A stretch of 64,000 bases of DNA from IMG/VR virus record IMGVR_UViG_3300033074_001078; one strand, written 5' to 3'. How positions within the stretch are numbered: position 1 is the stretch's first letter; every line of letters starts with the position of its first letter. The DNA comes from an uncultured virus (IMG/VR IMGVR_UViG_3300033074_001078) (Duplodnaviria; Heunggongvirae; Uroviricota; Caudoviricetes). Both the position numbers and the translations under genes were made by a program. Under the pieces are notes generated by a model, which saw only the letters and a program-made list of their open reading frames with translations, ran no database searches and had not been told where the DNA came from. This document shows positions 37,702-45,963 of this stretch, in pieces.

Positions 37702-38106
37702 TTATCTAACTTCACTATACGCGAATGGGACTTCGCAGACAATACCTTCCCACAGAGCTTCAGGCGCAGATTCTCTAGGGACAAGTGCGGCAAGCCGGAT
37801 ACCGCTTAGGTTCTTGCCTTCGAACATCGTCTTTAAGAAATCGGCGTGGTCATCAAGCGCTTTGCGGCCAGTAGCGGCCGGAACAAACACTTGGATGAGC
37901 ACAATACCAAAGCGCTCAAAGCGCCGATTACCCAAGGAGCCAAACGATTCAGGTGTCGCACCGGTATGACGAACGCTGAGCCGCGCCCACGCAACACCCT
38001 TCACCGGTGTGAACTGTTCGTTGTCAAACGTGTATTTCGTGCGCGCACCCCATTGAGCAATGAAGTGATCGTAAATCAGCTCGCGGGCTTGGGCGATTGT
38101 CGTCAT
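37702..38106 (-). CDS. tail terminator protein
   Basis: WARLSVRH...GIVLIQVFVP; synteny. Confidence 0.7.
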   Translation of the reverse strand: MTTIAQARELIYDHFIAQWGARTKYTFDNEQFTPVKGVAWARLSVRHTGATPESFGSLGNRRFERFGIVLIQVFVPAATGRKALDDHADFLKTMFEGKNLSGIRLAALVPRESAPEALWEGIVCEVPFAYSEVR

Positions 38107-38516
38107 GCTGGTCGCCCACCATTCGCAAGCACGGCTGTCGCAATGCTCATCTGAACGAAACCGGCTGGCGCTTGCTGCGACGAACCGTCGTTCAGGTCTT
38201 TTAGATATGGAACATTATTGCTGATCCATGCCGGACCAGCGGCCAAGCGATAACCGACGATTGCCGCTTGGCCAGCTTCTTGCGCGCCGCGTGCGCCGCT
38301 CACCGCTTGCGCGCGTTGCTCGCGATCAGCGAATTCAGGCTGCGGCGGCTCGATAGGTACGCCAAGCGACGGAACCCAATTAGCGCGCGCCCAACCAGTG
38401 TCAACCGGCGTGGCGCGAAGCAGATTGTAATGGATGTCTAGCGTCAACTTCGCAATAGTGCGCTCGGCATGTTGACCGAGCGCATCTATCACAAAGCGGG
38501 TTTCCTGACTAGACAC
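38103..38516 (-). CDS. neck/tail completion protein (HK97 gp10-like)
   Basis: TPVDTGWARANW, NNVPY..LNDGSSQQAPAGFV. Confidence 0.8.
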   Translation of the reverse strand: MSSQETRFVIDALGQHAERTIAKLTLDIHYNLLRATPVDTGWARANWVPSLGVPIEPPQPEFADREQRAQAVSGARGAQEAGQAAIVGYRLAAGPAWISNNVPYLKDLNDGSSQQAPAGFVQMSIATAVLANGGRPA

Positions 38517-38532
38517 GCGCCCTCACTGGTGC

Positions 38533-40281
38533 TTACGGGGCGAGTTCCAAGTAGTTGATGACCACCGGCTCGCTGGAGGCTGAAAGCCGCAGCGCTTCCT
38601 CTTCAGTCACGCGGGCGACAGGCGCATCGGCGAACATGACCCAAAGGCCAGTTTCGTCGCGACGCACTCGGTGAACTCCAGGCTGGAACACCACTGCCAC
38701 CGGCTCTTCAGCCGGGGCTGGCGCTGGCTCAGCCGGGGCTTCTGCCACCGGTTCAGCCACCGGTTCAGCCGGGGCTTCCGGGGCGGCGACCACCGGCTCG
38801 CCAGGATCGCTCAGGGCGGGCTCCGGCACTGGTTCAGGCGCTTGGGGTGTGGGCTCAACCGGCGCGGGCTCCTGCGCGGCTGCGGCTTGCCGTGCGGCCT
38901 CGGCTTCCGCCGCTGCTACTTCAGCCAACCGCTGCTCTTCAGCAACACGCGCCGCTTCGGCCTGCTCAGCCGCTACGCGAGCTTCTTCAGCCGCCGCAGC
39001 AACACGCGCCGCTTCGGCCTGCTCAGCCGCTACACGCACGGCTTCGGCTTCTGCGGCCAACCGCTGCTCTTCAGCAATGCGGGCTTCTTCAGCAACACGC
39101 GCCGCTTCGGCTTCTGCGGCCAACCGCTGCTCTTCAGCAACACGCGCCGCTTCGGCTTCTGCGGCCAACCGCTGCTCTTCAGCAACACGCGCCGCTTCGG
39201 CTTCTGCGGCAAGGCGCACGCGCTCGGCTTCGGCCGCAGCAACACGCGCCGCTTCGGCTTCAGCTTCAACACGCTGGCGCTCCAGCTCAGCCAACCGCGC
39301 GTCAAGCGCGGCTTGCTCTTGAGCCAACCGCGCCAGTTCGGCGGCATCAGCTTCGGCTTGGAGGCGTGCTGCTTCAACAACGCGCGCGGCTTCTGCTTCA
39401 GCTTCGATGCGTTGGGCTTCAGCCACCGCAGCAAGGCGCTCAGCCTCAATGCGCGCGGCTTCTGCCGCTGCGGCTTGCTCAGCCGCTACGCGGTCACGCT
39501 CTTGTTCGGCAATGCGTTGGGCTTCAGCGGCAACACGCGCCGCTTCAGCTTGCGCGGCTGCTTCTTCAGCTTCCTTGCGGGCGGCTTCAGTGCGTGCGCG
39601 CGCCGCAGCCACTTCAGCTTCTTCACGTTCACGCGTTGCTGCTTCTTCGGCGGCGAGCGCCGCAGCCGTGCGCCGTGCTTCGGCTTCTTGGTTCGCCGCT
39701 GCTTCAGCCGCTGCAACACGCGCGGCCTCAGCCGCTACTTCAGCTTCCTTCGCCGTTGTTTCAAGGCGAGCGGCTTCTGCAAGCTGACCGAGGCGAACTG
39801 CCTCATCGGCTTCAACCGCTGCTTCAAGGCGAGCTTCAACAGCCGACACGAGCTGCTCGTTCAGCTGCTTCTGGGCTTCGGTAAGGACGACCATGTGGTC
39901 GAGGTCAGCAAGCCCTGGATCTGGCCCAACAGCGTCCCCGCCAGGGAGTTCGTCCGCGCGGAGCGGGCGCACCTTGTAGAAGTCATCCGGCAAAGGCGGC
40001 ATGACGTCAGCAAGGTTGCGATCGATCGGCTCGGCTTCGATGATTGGAGCCGGCGGAGTCAAGCCCACGTTCGCTGATTCAGGCGCGAGCGCAACGTATG
40101 ACATCGCGTCGAGCAGGAAGTTAGCCGAACGGAGCCCGAGGAGCTTGCGCTTCGAACAGCCGTTTTGACGCCAGTTGAAAACGTCACCGGGGGAGAAGTC
40201 GCGTCCGGCGAAGCGAAAGCCTCGCCGGACAACGTACTCATCGATCGCGTAGTTGATTTCAGTTTCTAGCATCGGCCTCAA
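38533..40281 (-). CDS. Ala/Glu/Arg-rich repeat (TolA-like) protein
   Basis: 582 aa; long AEAARVAEEQRLA repeats and a Pro-rich linker; directly after the capsid gene. Confidence 0.7.
   Translation of the reverse strand: MRPMLETEINYAIDEYVVRRGFRFAGRDFSPGDVFNWRQNGCSKRKLLGLRSANFLLDAMSYVALAPESANVGLTPPAPIIEAEPIDRNLADVMPPLPDDFYKVRPLRADELPGGDAVGPDPGLADLDHMVVLTEAQKQLNEQLVSAVEARLEAAVEADEAVRLGQLAEAARLETTAKEAEVAAEAARVAAAEAAANQEAEARRTAAALAAEEAATREREEAEVAAARARTEAARKEAEEAAAQAEAARVAAEAQRIAEQERDRVAAEQAAAAEAARIEAERLAAVAEAQRIEAEAEAARVVEAARLQAEADAAELARLAQEQAALDARLAELERQRVEAEAEAARVAAAEAERVRLAAEAEAARVAEEQRLAAEAEAARVAEEQRLAAEAEAARVAEEARIAEEQRLAAEAEAVRVAAEQAEAARVAAAAEEARVAAEQAEAARVAEEQRLAEVAAAEAEAARQAAAAQEPAPVEPTPQAPEPVPEPALSDPGEPVVAAPEAPAEPVAEPVAEAPAEPAPAPAEEPVAVVFQPGVHRVRRDETGLWVMFADAPVARVTEEEALRLSASSEPVVINYLELAP
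38797..38816 (+). repeat. dispersed 20-bp element, copy C (intragenic)
   Basis: exact CTCGCCAGGATCGCTCAGGG. Confidence 0.95.
39086..39210. repeat. 45-bp coding tandem repeat, about 2.8 copies
   Basis: unit starts at 39086, 39131 and 39176. Confidence 0.85.
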
Positions 40282-40303
40282 CCAGTTAGAGTGAGGTCGA
40301 GAC

Positions 40304-41320
40304 TTAGGCTACGATCGTGTTCCAGAAGAAGCCGAGGTCGGCGGCAACGAGCTTCTGGTCGAACGAGGCTTCGATCTCGACGCGATCCGCCGCGTTGGGT
40401 TCCATGCGGAATTTCTTGATCCGCATCCCATTGGTGGATGCGCCCAAGTAACCCGTCCAGCTGAAGGTATAACCAGCAGTCGGAGTCATGAGACCCGGCG
40501 TCGGGGTGGAGTAGCAGAGCAGCGCCTTCTTGCCGCCGATGAAGGAGTGCGCGTTGGCTTCACCTTCCTTGCCGGTGTTCTGCACCGCTTTCATCACGAA
40601 GATGCGTTGGATCTTCAGCAGCGCGATGAGCTCGGCGACGTCGATTTGCGCCGGACCGCTGGTTTGACCGTACTTGACGCGGTCAACAATGTCCGGGTGA
40701 TCGATGAGCTTGTCAAAGACACGCTGGCCGATGACGAGCGTATTCGGCTCGAAGCCGGTCGATTCCAGCACCGTGGTCTTCGCCGATCGGATGTCTTCGA
40801 TCGGGTTGGAGTTGGCATCGTTCCATTGAAGGACTTGGTTGCCGGTCGGACCAGCGGCAACACCAGCCCAGTCGTTGGTCCACACGCCACCGGACATGAA
40901 CCTGGTCGCGAACAGGGTTTCGCGCTTGATCAAGCCCTTTTGAGTGACGATGATCGTGGCTTCCTTGTCCGGGTCCAGCTGATTGTCGCTGTTCGCGCGG
41001 CGTTGGTCCGTGACGTCGTGGTGGAAGGCATAGACCGGCGCGTAATACGTCGGCGTCGAATCCAGCGTGTAACCGCTGCCCGCCGATTCGGCGCCAGCCG
41101 CGCGCTCTTCCATCTCGTTGCGCCAGAAGTAGCCACGATCGTAGGTGTAGTAACGATCGGATTGCTTGGTGACCGGTAGGTTCGGGAACACTTGGTCAGC
41201 AACGAAATTGCCAGCGTCCTGAACATACGCGATAGAGATGTTGCTCAGAGGCGTGTTGACGTGAACGTCGCCCGGGAGGGGCTGCGTGTTGCCTGCCTTG
41301 AGAAGATGCATCGGCTTCAT
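40304..41320 (-). CDS. major capsid protein (lambda gpE-like)
   Basis: PLSNISIAY...FVADQVFP..PV, PIEDI and PNTLVIG; start 41320 after GAGAGG. Confidence 0.88.
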   Translation of the reverse strand: MKPMHLLKAGNTQPLPGDVHVNTPLSNISIAYVQDAGNFVADQVFPNLPVTKQSDRYYTYDRGYFWRNEMEERAAGAESAGSGYTLDSTPTYYAPVYAFHHDVTDQRRANSDNQLDPDKEATIIVTQKGLIKRETLFATRFMSGGVWTNDWAGVAAGPTGNQVLQWNDANSNPIEDIRSAKTTVLESTGFEPNTLVIGQRVFDKLIDHPDIVDRVKYGQTSGPAQIDVAELIALLKIQRIFVMKAVQNTGKEGEANAHSFIGGKKALLCYSTPTPGLMTPTAGYTFSWTGYLGASTNGMRIKKFRMEPNAADRVEIEASFDQKLVAADLGFFWNTIVA

Positions 41321-41395
41321 TTTGTTCCTCTCGCTATACATCTTGTCAACCAGTCGGCAGAAATAGTTGACACGAGCCTTTCCCGTGAAAAAGTG

Positions 41396-41770
41396 TTACG
41401 GAGCCAGATAGTTGGATCCGAGGACGCACGAAACGACACGACCGTTCGCACCGGTTTCGAGCACCCAACCAAGGTTCCGCGATGCCGCCGCCGCTGCAAC
41501 AGCGAGACCGGCTGCGTCAGTGCGGAATGGCGCTCCGGCCGTCACTGCACCGCCGCACTTGACTTTCGTCAAGCTGCCATGCAAAGCAACCAGCGCCGGG
41601 CGACCAGCGGCTTCAGGCGCGTTTTGTAGCACGCCAATGGAGTCTTCGCCGGCGACCGAGCAGACGATGACTTGACCGCTGCCATTGAGCTTCACATTCT
41701 TGTAAAGCGCCGCGCTAAGATCCGCGCCAGCGAGGATCGACACGATGTTTTCGGATTGCTTAGTGGACAC
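41396..41770 (-). CDS. capsid decoration/cement protein
   Basis: 124 aa, small-residue-rich, IGVLQN; just upstream of the capsid gene. Confidence 0.7.
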   Translation of the reverse strand: MSTKQSENIVSILAGADLSAALYKNVKLNGSGQVIVCSVAGEDSIGVLQNAPEAAGRPALVALHGSLTKVKCGGAVTAGAPFRTDAAGLAVAAAAASRNLGWVLETGANGRVVSCVLGSNYLAP

Positions 41771-41831
41771 TGTCGAAACTCCTAAAACCGTTCGGCCGGT
41801 TGGAACCTATGAAAGCGATGCGAGCCGGCGA

Positions 41832-42941
41832 TTAGGCCGCGCGCTGCGTTGCGTCGTAAAGCTTCTTGCCTTCCGCCGTGTCGAGGACCGCAGTGTATGC
41901 CTTGGCGAACGGCATCTTGTGATCTTCGGCGTGCTTCTTAACGAGCGCGTCGAGCTTGGCTTCAGCGTCGTTCTTGGCGATGACACCGCTCGTGATTTCC
42001 TTCGGGTCGCCGCCAGTGCCACCGCTCTTCACAAACGCGCCGGTCATGGCGTCGTTGCCTGCTTTGAGCAGTGCAGCCGCAGCCGTGCGGGCGGTTTCAT
42101 CGGTGATGCCAGCGATTGCCTTGAGGACGGCGACCTTGGTGGCTTCGTCGCCGGGGAGGTTGCCGAGTTCATCAGCGGCGCGCTTGGCGAAGGTGGCGGT
42201 TTCGGTTTCAGTCTTGGACTTGGTGAGCTCGGCTTGAAGCTCATCGGCGCGCTTTGCTTGCGCAATGGCGAATTCACCGGCCGACTTGCGGAGTTCTTGG
42301 CCTGCCGTCGTGGTGTAAACCACCGGATCAGCGGCCTTGGCCATTGTGATTTCCCGGTTACGGGCTTCGCCGGACTTGGCGAGGAAGCCGTCTTGATCGC
42401 CGGTCGGCAGTGCGTCGAAATAGGCGCGGTGCGAAGAATCGAGCGCGATGATAGAGTTCGCGCGCTCCAGGTTCTTCTGCAATGCAGCAATTTGTTCAGG
42501 GGTGAGCATGTCAACCGACTCCGTTATCTGGGTTCGCGTATATTCTTTCCCAACGAGGACCACAACGGTCTTCTTTCCACTTTCGTTCTTCTCAACGACT
42601 TCAGCGGTCAGGTCTGAATCTTCGTGCGTGTGGCCTGCGGCCATACCGATGACGATGTTTCCCTTATCATCCTTCACCCAAGGGTGCGAGTGATAAGCGT
42701 AACCGTCCGGTCCGCCGACGTTTCCATATTGAGTATAGCCGCCGCTTTCAGCAGCGTCATCGATGAGGTGCGAGTGGCCATCGGTAGCGGTTGTGAGGCG
42801 CATACGCTTACGCACTTCGCTGTCAGCCGGAGGCGTATCATCGCGTTTCATAATAGCCGCAAGGGCTTTCTTCTGTGCCGGTGAATCGACCGCGCTGATT
42901 TCGTCGAGACGAAAGCGCCGCATGATGCCCTTGATGCTCAT
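41832..42941 (-). CDS. capsid scaffold-like protein
   Basis: LDEISAVDSPAQ N-terminus and helical C-terminus; synteny. Confidence 0.65.
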   Translation of the reverse strand: MSIKGIMRRFRLDEISAVDSPAQKKALAAIMKRDDTPPADSEVRKRMRLTTATDGHSHLIDDAAESGGYTQYGNVGGPDGYAYHSHPWVKDDKGNIVIGMAAGHTHEDSDLTAEVVEKNESGKKTVVVLVGKEYTRTQITESVDMLTPEQIAALQKNLERANSIIALDSSHRAYFDALPTGDQDGFLAKSGEARNREITMAKAADPVVYTTTAGQELRKSAGEFAIAQAKRADELQAELTKSKTETETATFAKRAADELGNLPGDEATKVAVLKAIAGITDETARTAAAALLKAGNDAMTGAFVKSGGTGGDPKEITSGVIAKNDAEAKLDALVKKHAEDHKMPFAKAYTAVLDTAEGKKLYDATQRAA

Positions 42942-43348
42942 GGTGCAGGAACCTCTTCCGTTTCAATGTAAGCGCCACCGATGCTGAAGCCGGTGTATTC
43001 GCCGCTCGCAAACTTGCCGAGGATCTCAGGATCTTCATAATGCGCGCCGACGACGAAACCAGTGTGCTTGACTTCCCAGCCAAGCGCCTTCGCAATATCG
43101 GTTGTGACTGGGAAACCGAAGACGATTTTTCCCTTTTCGTCGCCGGAGTGCATCTCCTTTGAGGTGCGCGCCGTTTTCATAAAGTCGAAGACGGCTTCAA
43201 GCATCGACGCTTCGGGAACATGGTTGTCTTGGGTGTCCCAGTAGTCCTTACCATCCACTTTGCAGATGATCGCATAACCGAAGACGAGTCCAAGGCTCTG
43301 ATCCACCTTGAAGACTTCGAAGCTGCCCTTGGCGAGTTTGTCGGTCAT
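42938..43348 (-). CDS. XkdF-like prohead serine protease
   Basis: LVFGYA, EMH and GEYTGFSIGG. Confidence 0.8.
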   Translation of the reverse strand: MTDKLAKGSFEVFKVDQSLGLVFGYAIICKVDGKDYWDTQDNHVPEASMLEAVFDFMKTARTSKEMHSGDEKGKIVFGFPVTTDIAKALGWEVKHTGFVVGAHYEDPEILGKFASGEYTGFSIGGAYIETEEVPAP

Positions 43349-43400
43349 CTATTAGAAACTCCTCGTGTCCCTTTACAACGCCGGAACCTGGAAGCAACCA

Positions 43401-44405
43401 TCATTCTTTCCTCGGCACGATCCGTGTTCCAACGACGCACCGACAATTGATTGTCTCGCTTGCCGGTGCATCAATGTCGCCGGGATACTTCAGCCGATAG
43501 CCGTTGCCGCTTACAAACGGCTCGTTCACTTTGCGTTGCTGGCCATCCATAGCGCGATGCGAATCCCGCGTGCGCGTGCCACCAGTAGCGATCCACTCGC
43601 GGATGACTTCATCAGGCTGCACCATGCCGTCTTCAATTACTTGGGCAAAGGCCAGATCGTTCCCTTGGTGAACGGCGCGTAGCGACTCAGTGCGCGCAAT
43701 GGTTTCAGCACGATGCTTGATCCACCGTTGCCGGTAGCGATCGGTCATGCGGTCGATCTGCTCTTCGGTAAGCTGGCGACCATCCCTAAAGGTGCGGCTT
43801 ACAGTGCGATCAAAGCGCCGATCGCGTAGCTGTCGCGTAAGCGCGGCGCGGTTGCCTGCTTGAAGCTGTTGCCGGTAACGCTCGACGATGCCCTGCTGAT
43901 ACTCGGTGAGCCCAAGTGAGCCGCGAAAGCGGGTAGCCATCCCGCGCGGGTTCAAGCCTTCTTGTATGCCCTGCGTCATAGCCAATCGGCTCGCGGCGCG
44001 TTGTTCTGCGGTGAAGTTACGCACGAACTGGAGCTGAGCGTTCTGCATCGCTTGAACAGCGCGCGCATTCACCTGATTGAAATCGACGACGACTTTGAGC
44101 ACGTCACTGATCACACCAGCGGCGGTCTGCTCGCCTGCAATGGTTGTGAGCGACACGGTTAGGTTGGAGAAATTCTTCGCATGGCGCTCAACCGCCTCGA
44201 AGACTGCTTCGATACCACCGCGCTCGATCATAGACGCAAGGCGAGGGACCGTGAACTCCTTAAGCAGTTCATTCAGCATACGGTTGAAGCGCGCACGCAC
44301 GCGCGGCGTGAAGCGCTCTATCATGCGCTCCAGCCGTATGCGTTCGCGTCGGGTTAGGACTGATGTCAAAGGGCGCAAGACCTTTCGGTTCCACGCTGCA
44401 TCCAC
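43401..44405 (-). CDS. Mu gpF/SPP1 gp7-like minor head protein
   Basis: RAETIARTE, RTRDSH and YPGD...ETINCRC. Confidence 0.88.
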   Translation of the reverse strand: MDAAWNRKVLRPLTSVLTRRERIRLERMIERFTPRVRARFNRMLNELLKEFTVPRLASMIERGGIEAVFEAVERHAKNFSNLTVSLTTIAGEQTAAGVISDVLKVVVDFNQVNARAVQAMQNAQLQFVRNFTAEQRAASRLAMTQGIQEGLNPRGMATRFRGSLGLTEYQQGIVERYRQQLQAGNRAALTRQLRDRRFDRTVSRTFRDGRQLTEEQIDRMTDRYRQRWIKHRAETIARTESLRAVHQGNDLAFAQVIEDGMVQPDEVIREWIATGGTRTRDSHRAMDGQQRKVNEPFVSGNGYRLKYPGDIDAPASETINCRCVVGTRIVPRKE

Positions 44406-44596
44406 ACTTCACAGTGAGGCTGCGGCGCTGGCGCAGAAGCAGGCTCCAGCGGTTCGACCGACTCTTCCCACTGGAAGTCAACGGTTACGGGCTGGATCTT
44501 CGAGTTGATGTCAGTCATGGTCACCAGTATCACCAGCATGAACATGAACGTGACCATCGACAAGCCAACGGCGACGAGCAGTAGGATTGTGAACAT
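44366..44596 (-). CDS. small membrane protein (start uncertain)
   Basis: strongly hydrophobic segment MFTILLLVAVGLSMVTFMFMLVILV filling the gap between genes. Confidence 0.4.
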   Translation of the reverse strand: MFTILLLVAVGLSMVTFMFMLVILVTMTDINSKIQPVTVDFQWEESVEPLEPASAPAPQPHCEVWMQRGTERSCAL

Positions 44597-44666
44597 ACCG
44601 CTGGGGTTGTCGTTATCGTTGTCGATGACCTGGACTTGGACTTTCGGTGTTGGCGTGCGCCTGCGC

Positions 44667-45032
44667 TTAGGCGCGGACTTGACAGGTGTAGGTCGCAGCG
44701 GCGGGGTCGCGCGCGACGCGGATGATCGTGTACGTTTTACCTTCGATGGTGATTTCATCGTCTGCCTCCGGTATCTTCTTGCCTGCGATGGATGCACCTA
44801 ACAACAGCACCTCGCGGTCTGTTGACTTGATGCGTGTTCCATCGATCTTGCCGTCAGCGTAGTCGCTAATCATACCCTTGCAAGGGTAACGCTTGACTGA
44901 AGAAGTGATGCCAGCGGTTGACGTGTCACCGCGTGTTCCGGGCAACACCTTACGGAGCTGAGCGGACAGAAGACCCGGTCCCAACCCTTTGTTCACTTCA
45001 GCAGCAATGTCAACCCCGAATAGCTTGGGCAT
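44667..45032 (-). CDS. head closure/stopper protein
   Basis: IDGTRIKSTD...DPAAATYTCQVR; synteny. Confidence 0.7.
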   Translation of the reverse strand: MPKLFGVDIAAEVNKGLGPGLLSAQLRKVLPGTRGDTSTAGITSSVKRYPCKGMISDYADGKIDGTRIKSTDREVLLLGASIAGKKIPEADDEITIEGKTYTIIRVARDPAAATYTCQVRA

Positions 45033-45041
45033 GTTGTGTCC

Positions 45042-45575
45042 TTAGAACGGGGAGTTCACACCCCAACGACCAGGGAGGAACGATGAGTTGAGCTCGCCTT
45101 CTTCCAATTGGCTTGGATCGCCACCGTTTAGGAAGCCGCCGCCCATCGGTGAAGTGTTCACATCACCTGTGGAGCTAGCGTCTTCGAGCAGCGGCGCGAG
45201 CAATTCGGCAACGGGAACAGGAAAGCGCAAGCCCTGCACCGACTTGAAGTATTCAACCGACGCGGGACCACCTTGCACACGCTTGATATTCGCGCCGCCC
45301 ATTGTCTGCGCCGTTTCCAGCGTTGGATCCTGCGACAGTTCCCACGCGAGTTCGCATTGTGCGTCCTTCAGCGCGGCTGGTGGCGTTGCAGGCAACAGCG
45401 CGGCGGTCGCCGTGTTGAACGTAAGGCGGTTGAGCATACGCCAAGCCGAAACCAGCGCGCGCTCTTTCGCGGCTGTTTCGAGGTCAGCCCAACCCGTAGC
45501 GCGCACGCTGAGGCCAAGATATTCCGCAGCCTCGTTCAATGTGGCGTAGCTGTTTGTTCCCGCTGCGAACGGCAT
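45042..45575 (-). CDS. head-tail adaptor
   Basis: NSYATLNEA...LKDAQCELA...SVEY. Confidence 0.75.
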   Translation of the reverse strand: MPFAAGTNSYATLNEAAEYLGLSVRATGWADLETAAKERALVSAWRMLNRLTFNTATAALLPATPPAALKDAQCELAWELSQDPTLETAQTMGGANIKRVQGGPASVEYFKSVQGLRFPVPVAELLAPLLEDASSTGDVNTSPMGGGFLNGGDPSQLEEGELNSSFLPGRWGVNSPF

Positions 45576-45585
45576 GGCCTGCTCC

Positions 45586-45963
45586 TTAGGTGTTGGTTAC
45601 GTTAGCACGCACGGCGACATCACCGTAAGCGACGACCAGGGCTTCGCTGGAGCCGTCCACAATTTCTAGCTCAGCATAATAATCACCAGGGGTGAGCGCC
45701 GCTGTGTCCGCTGTTTTTACGTTGACGTCAACAAGCCCGCTCGCCGCAGTGATAGTCATGTGGCCAGCGCTAGCTGACTTCTTTTCAAGCGAAGGTGTGG
45801 TCTTGTAATTGCCTGACTCGTCGTAAGCAGACAGCGTCCAGCGCAACGTGTAGCCGGTCAAGTTGAAAACCGCGCCACCGTTGTCTTGATCGACGACAGT
45901 GTAGCGAAAGGTCGCCTTGTTCCCGGCGAAGATCTCAATAGCGTCGTTAAGGCTGGCCATCAC
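45586..45963 (-). CDS. BppU-like Ig-fold structural protein
   Basis: FNLTGYT...DTAALTPGDYYAELEI. Confidence 0.6.
   Translation of the reverse strand: MMASLNDAIEIFAGNKATFRYTVVDQDNGGAVFNLTGYTLRWTLSAYDESGNYKTTPSLEKKSASAGHMTITAASGLVDVNVKTADTAALTPGDYYAELEIVDGSSEALVVAYGDVAVRANVTNT

Noticed and set aside
38671..40077. long plus-strand ORFs (468 and 345 aa)
   Set aside because: antisense shadows of the repetitive Ala/Glu gene, with no RBS or protein-like features
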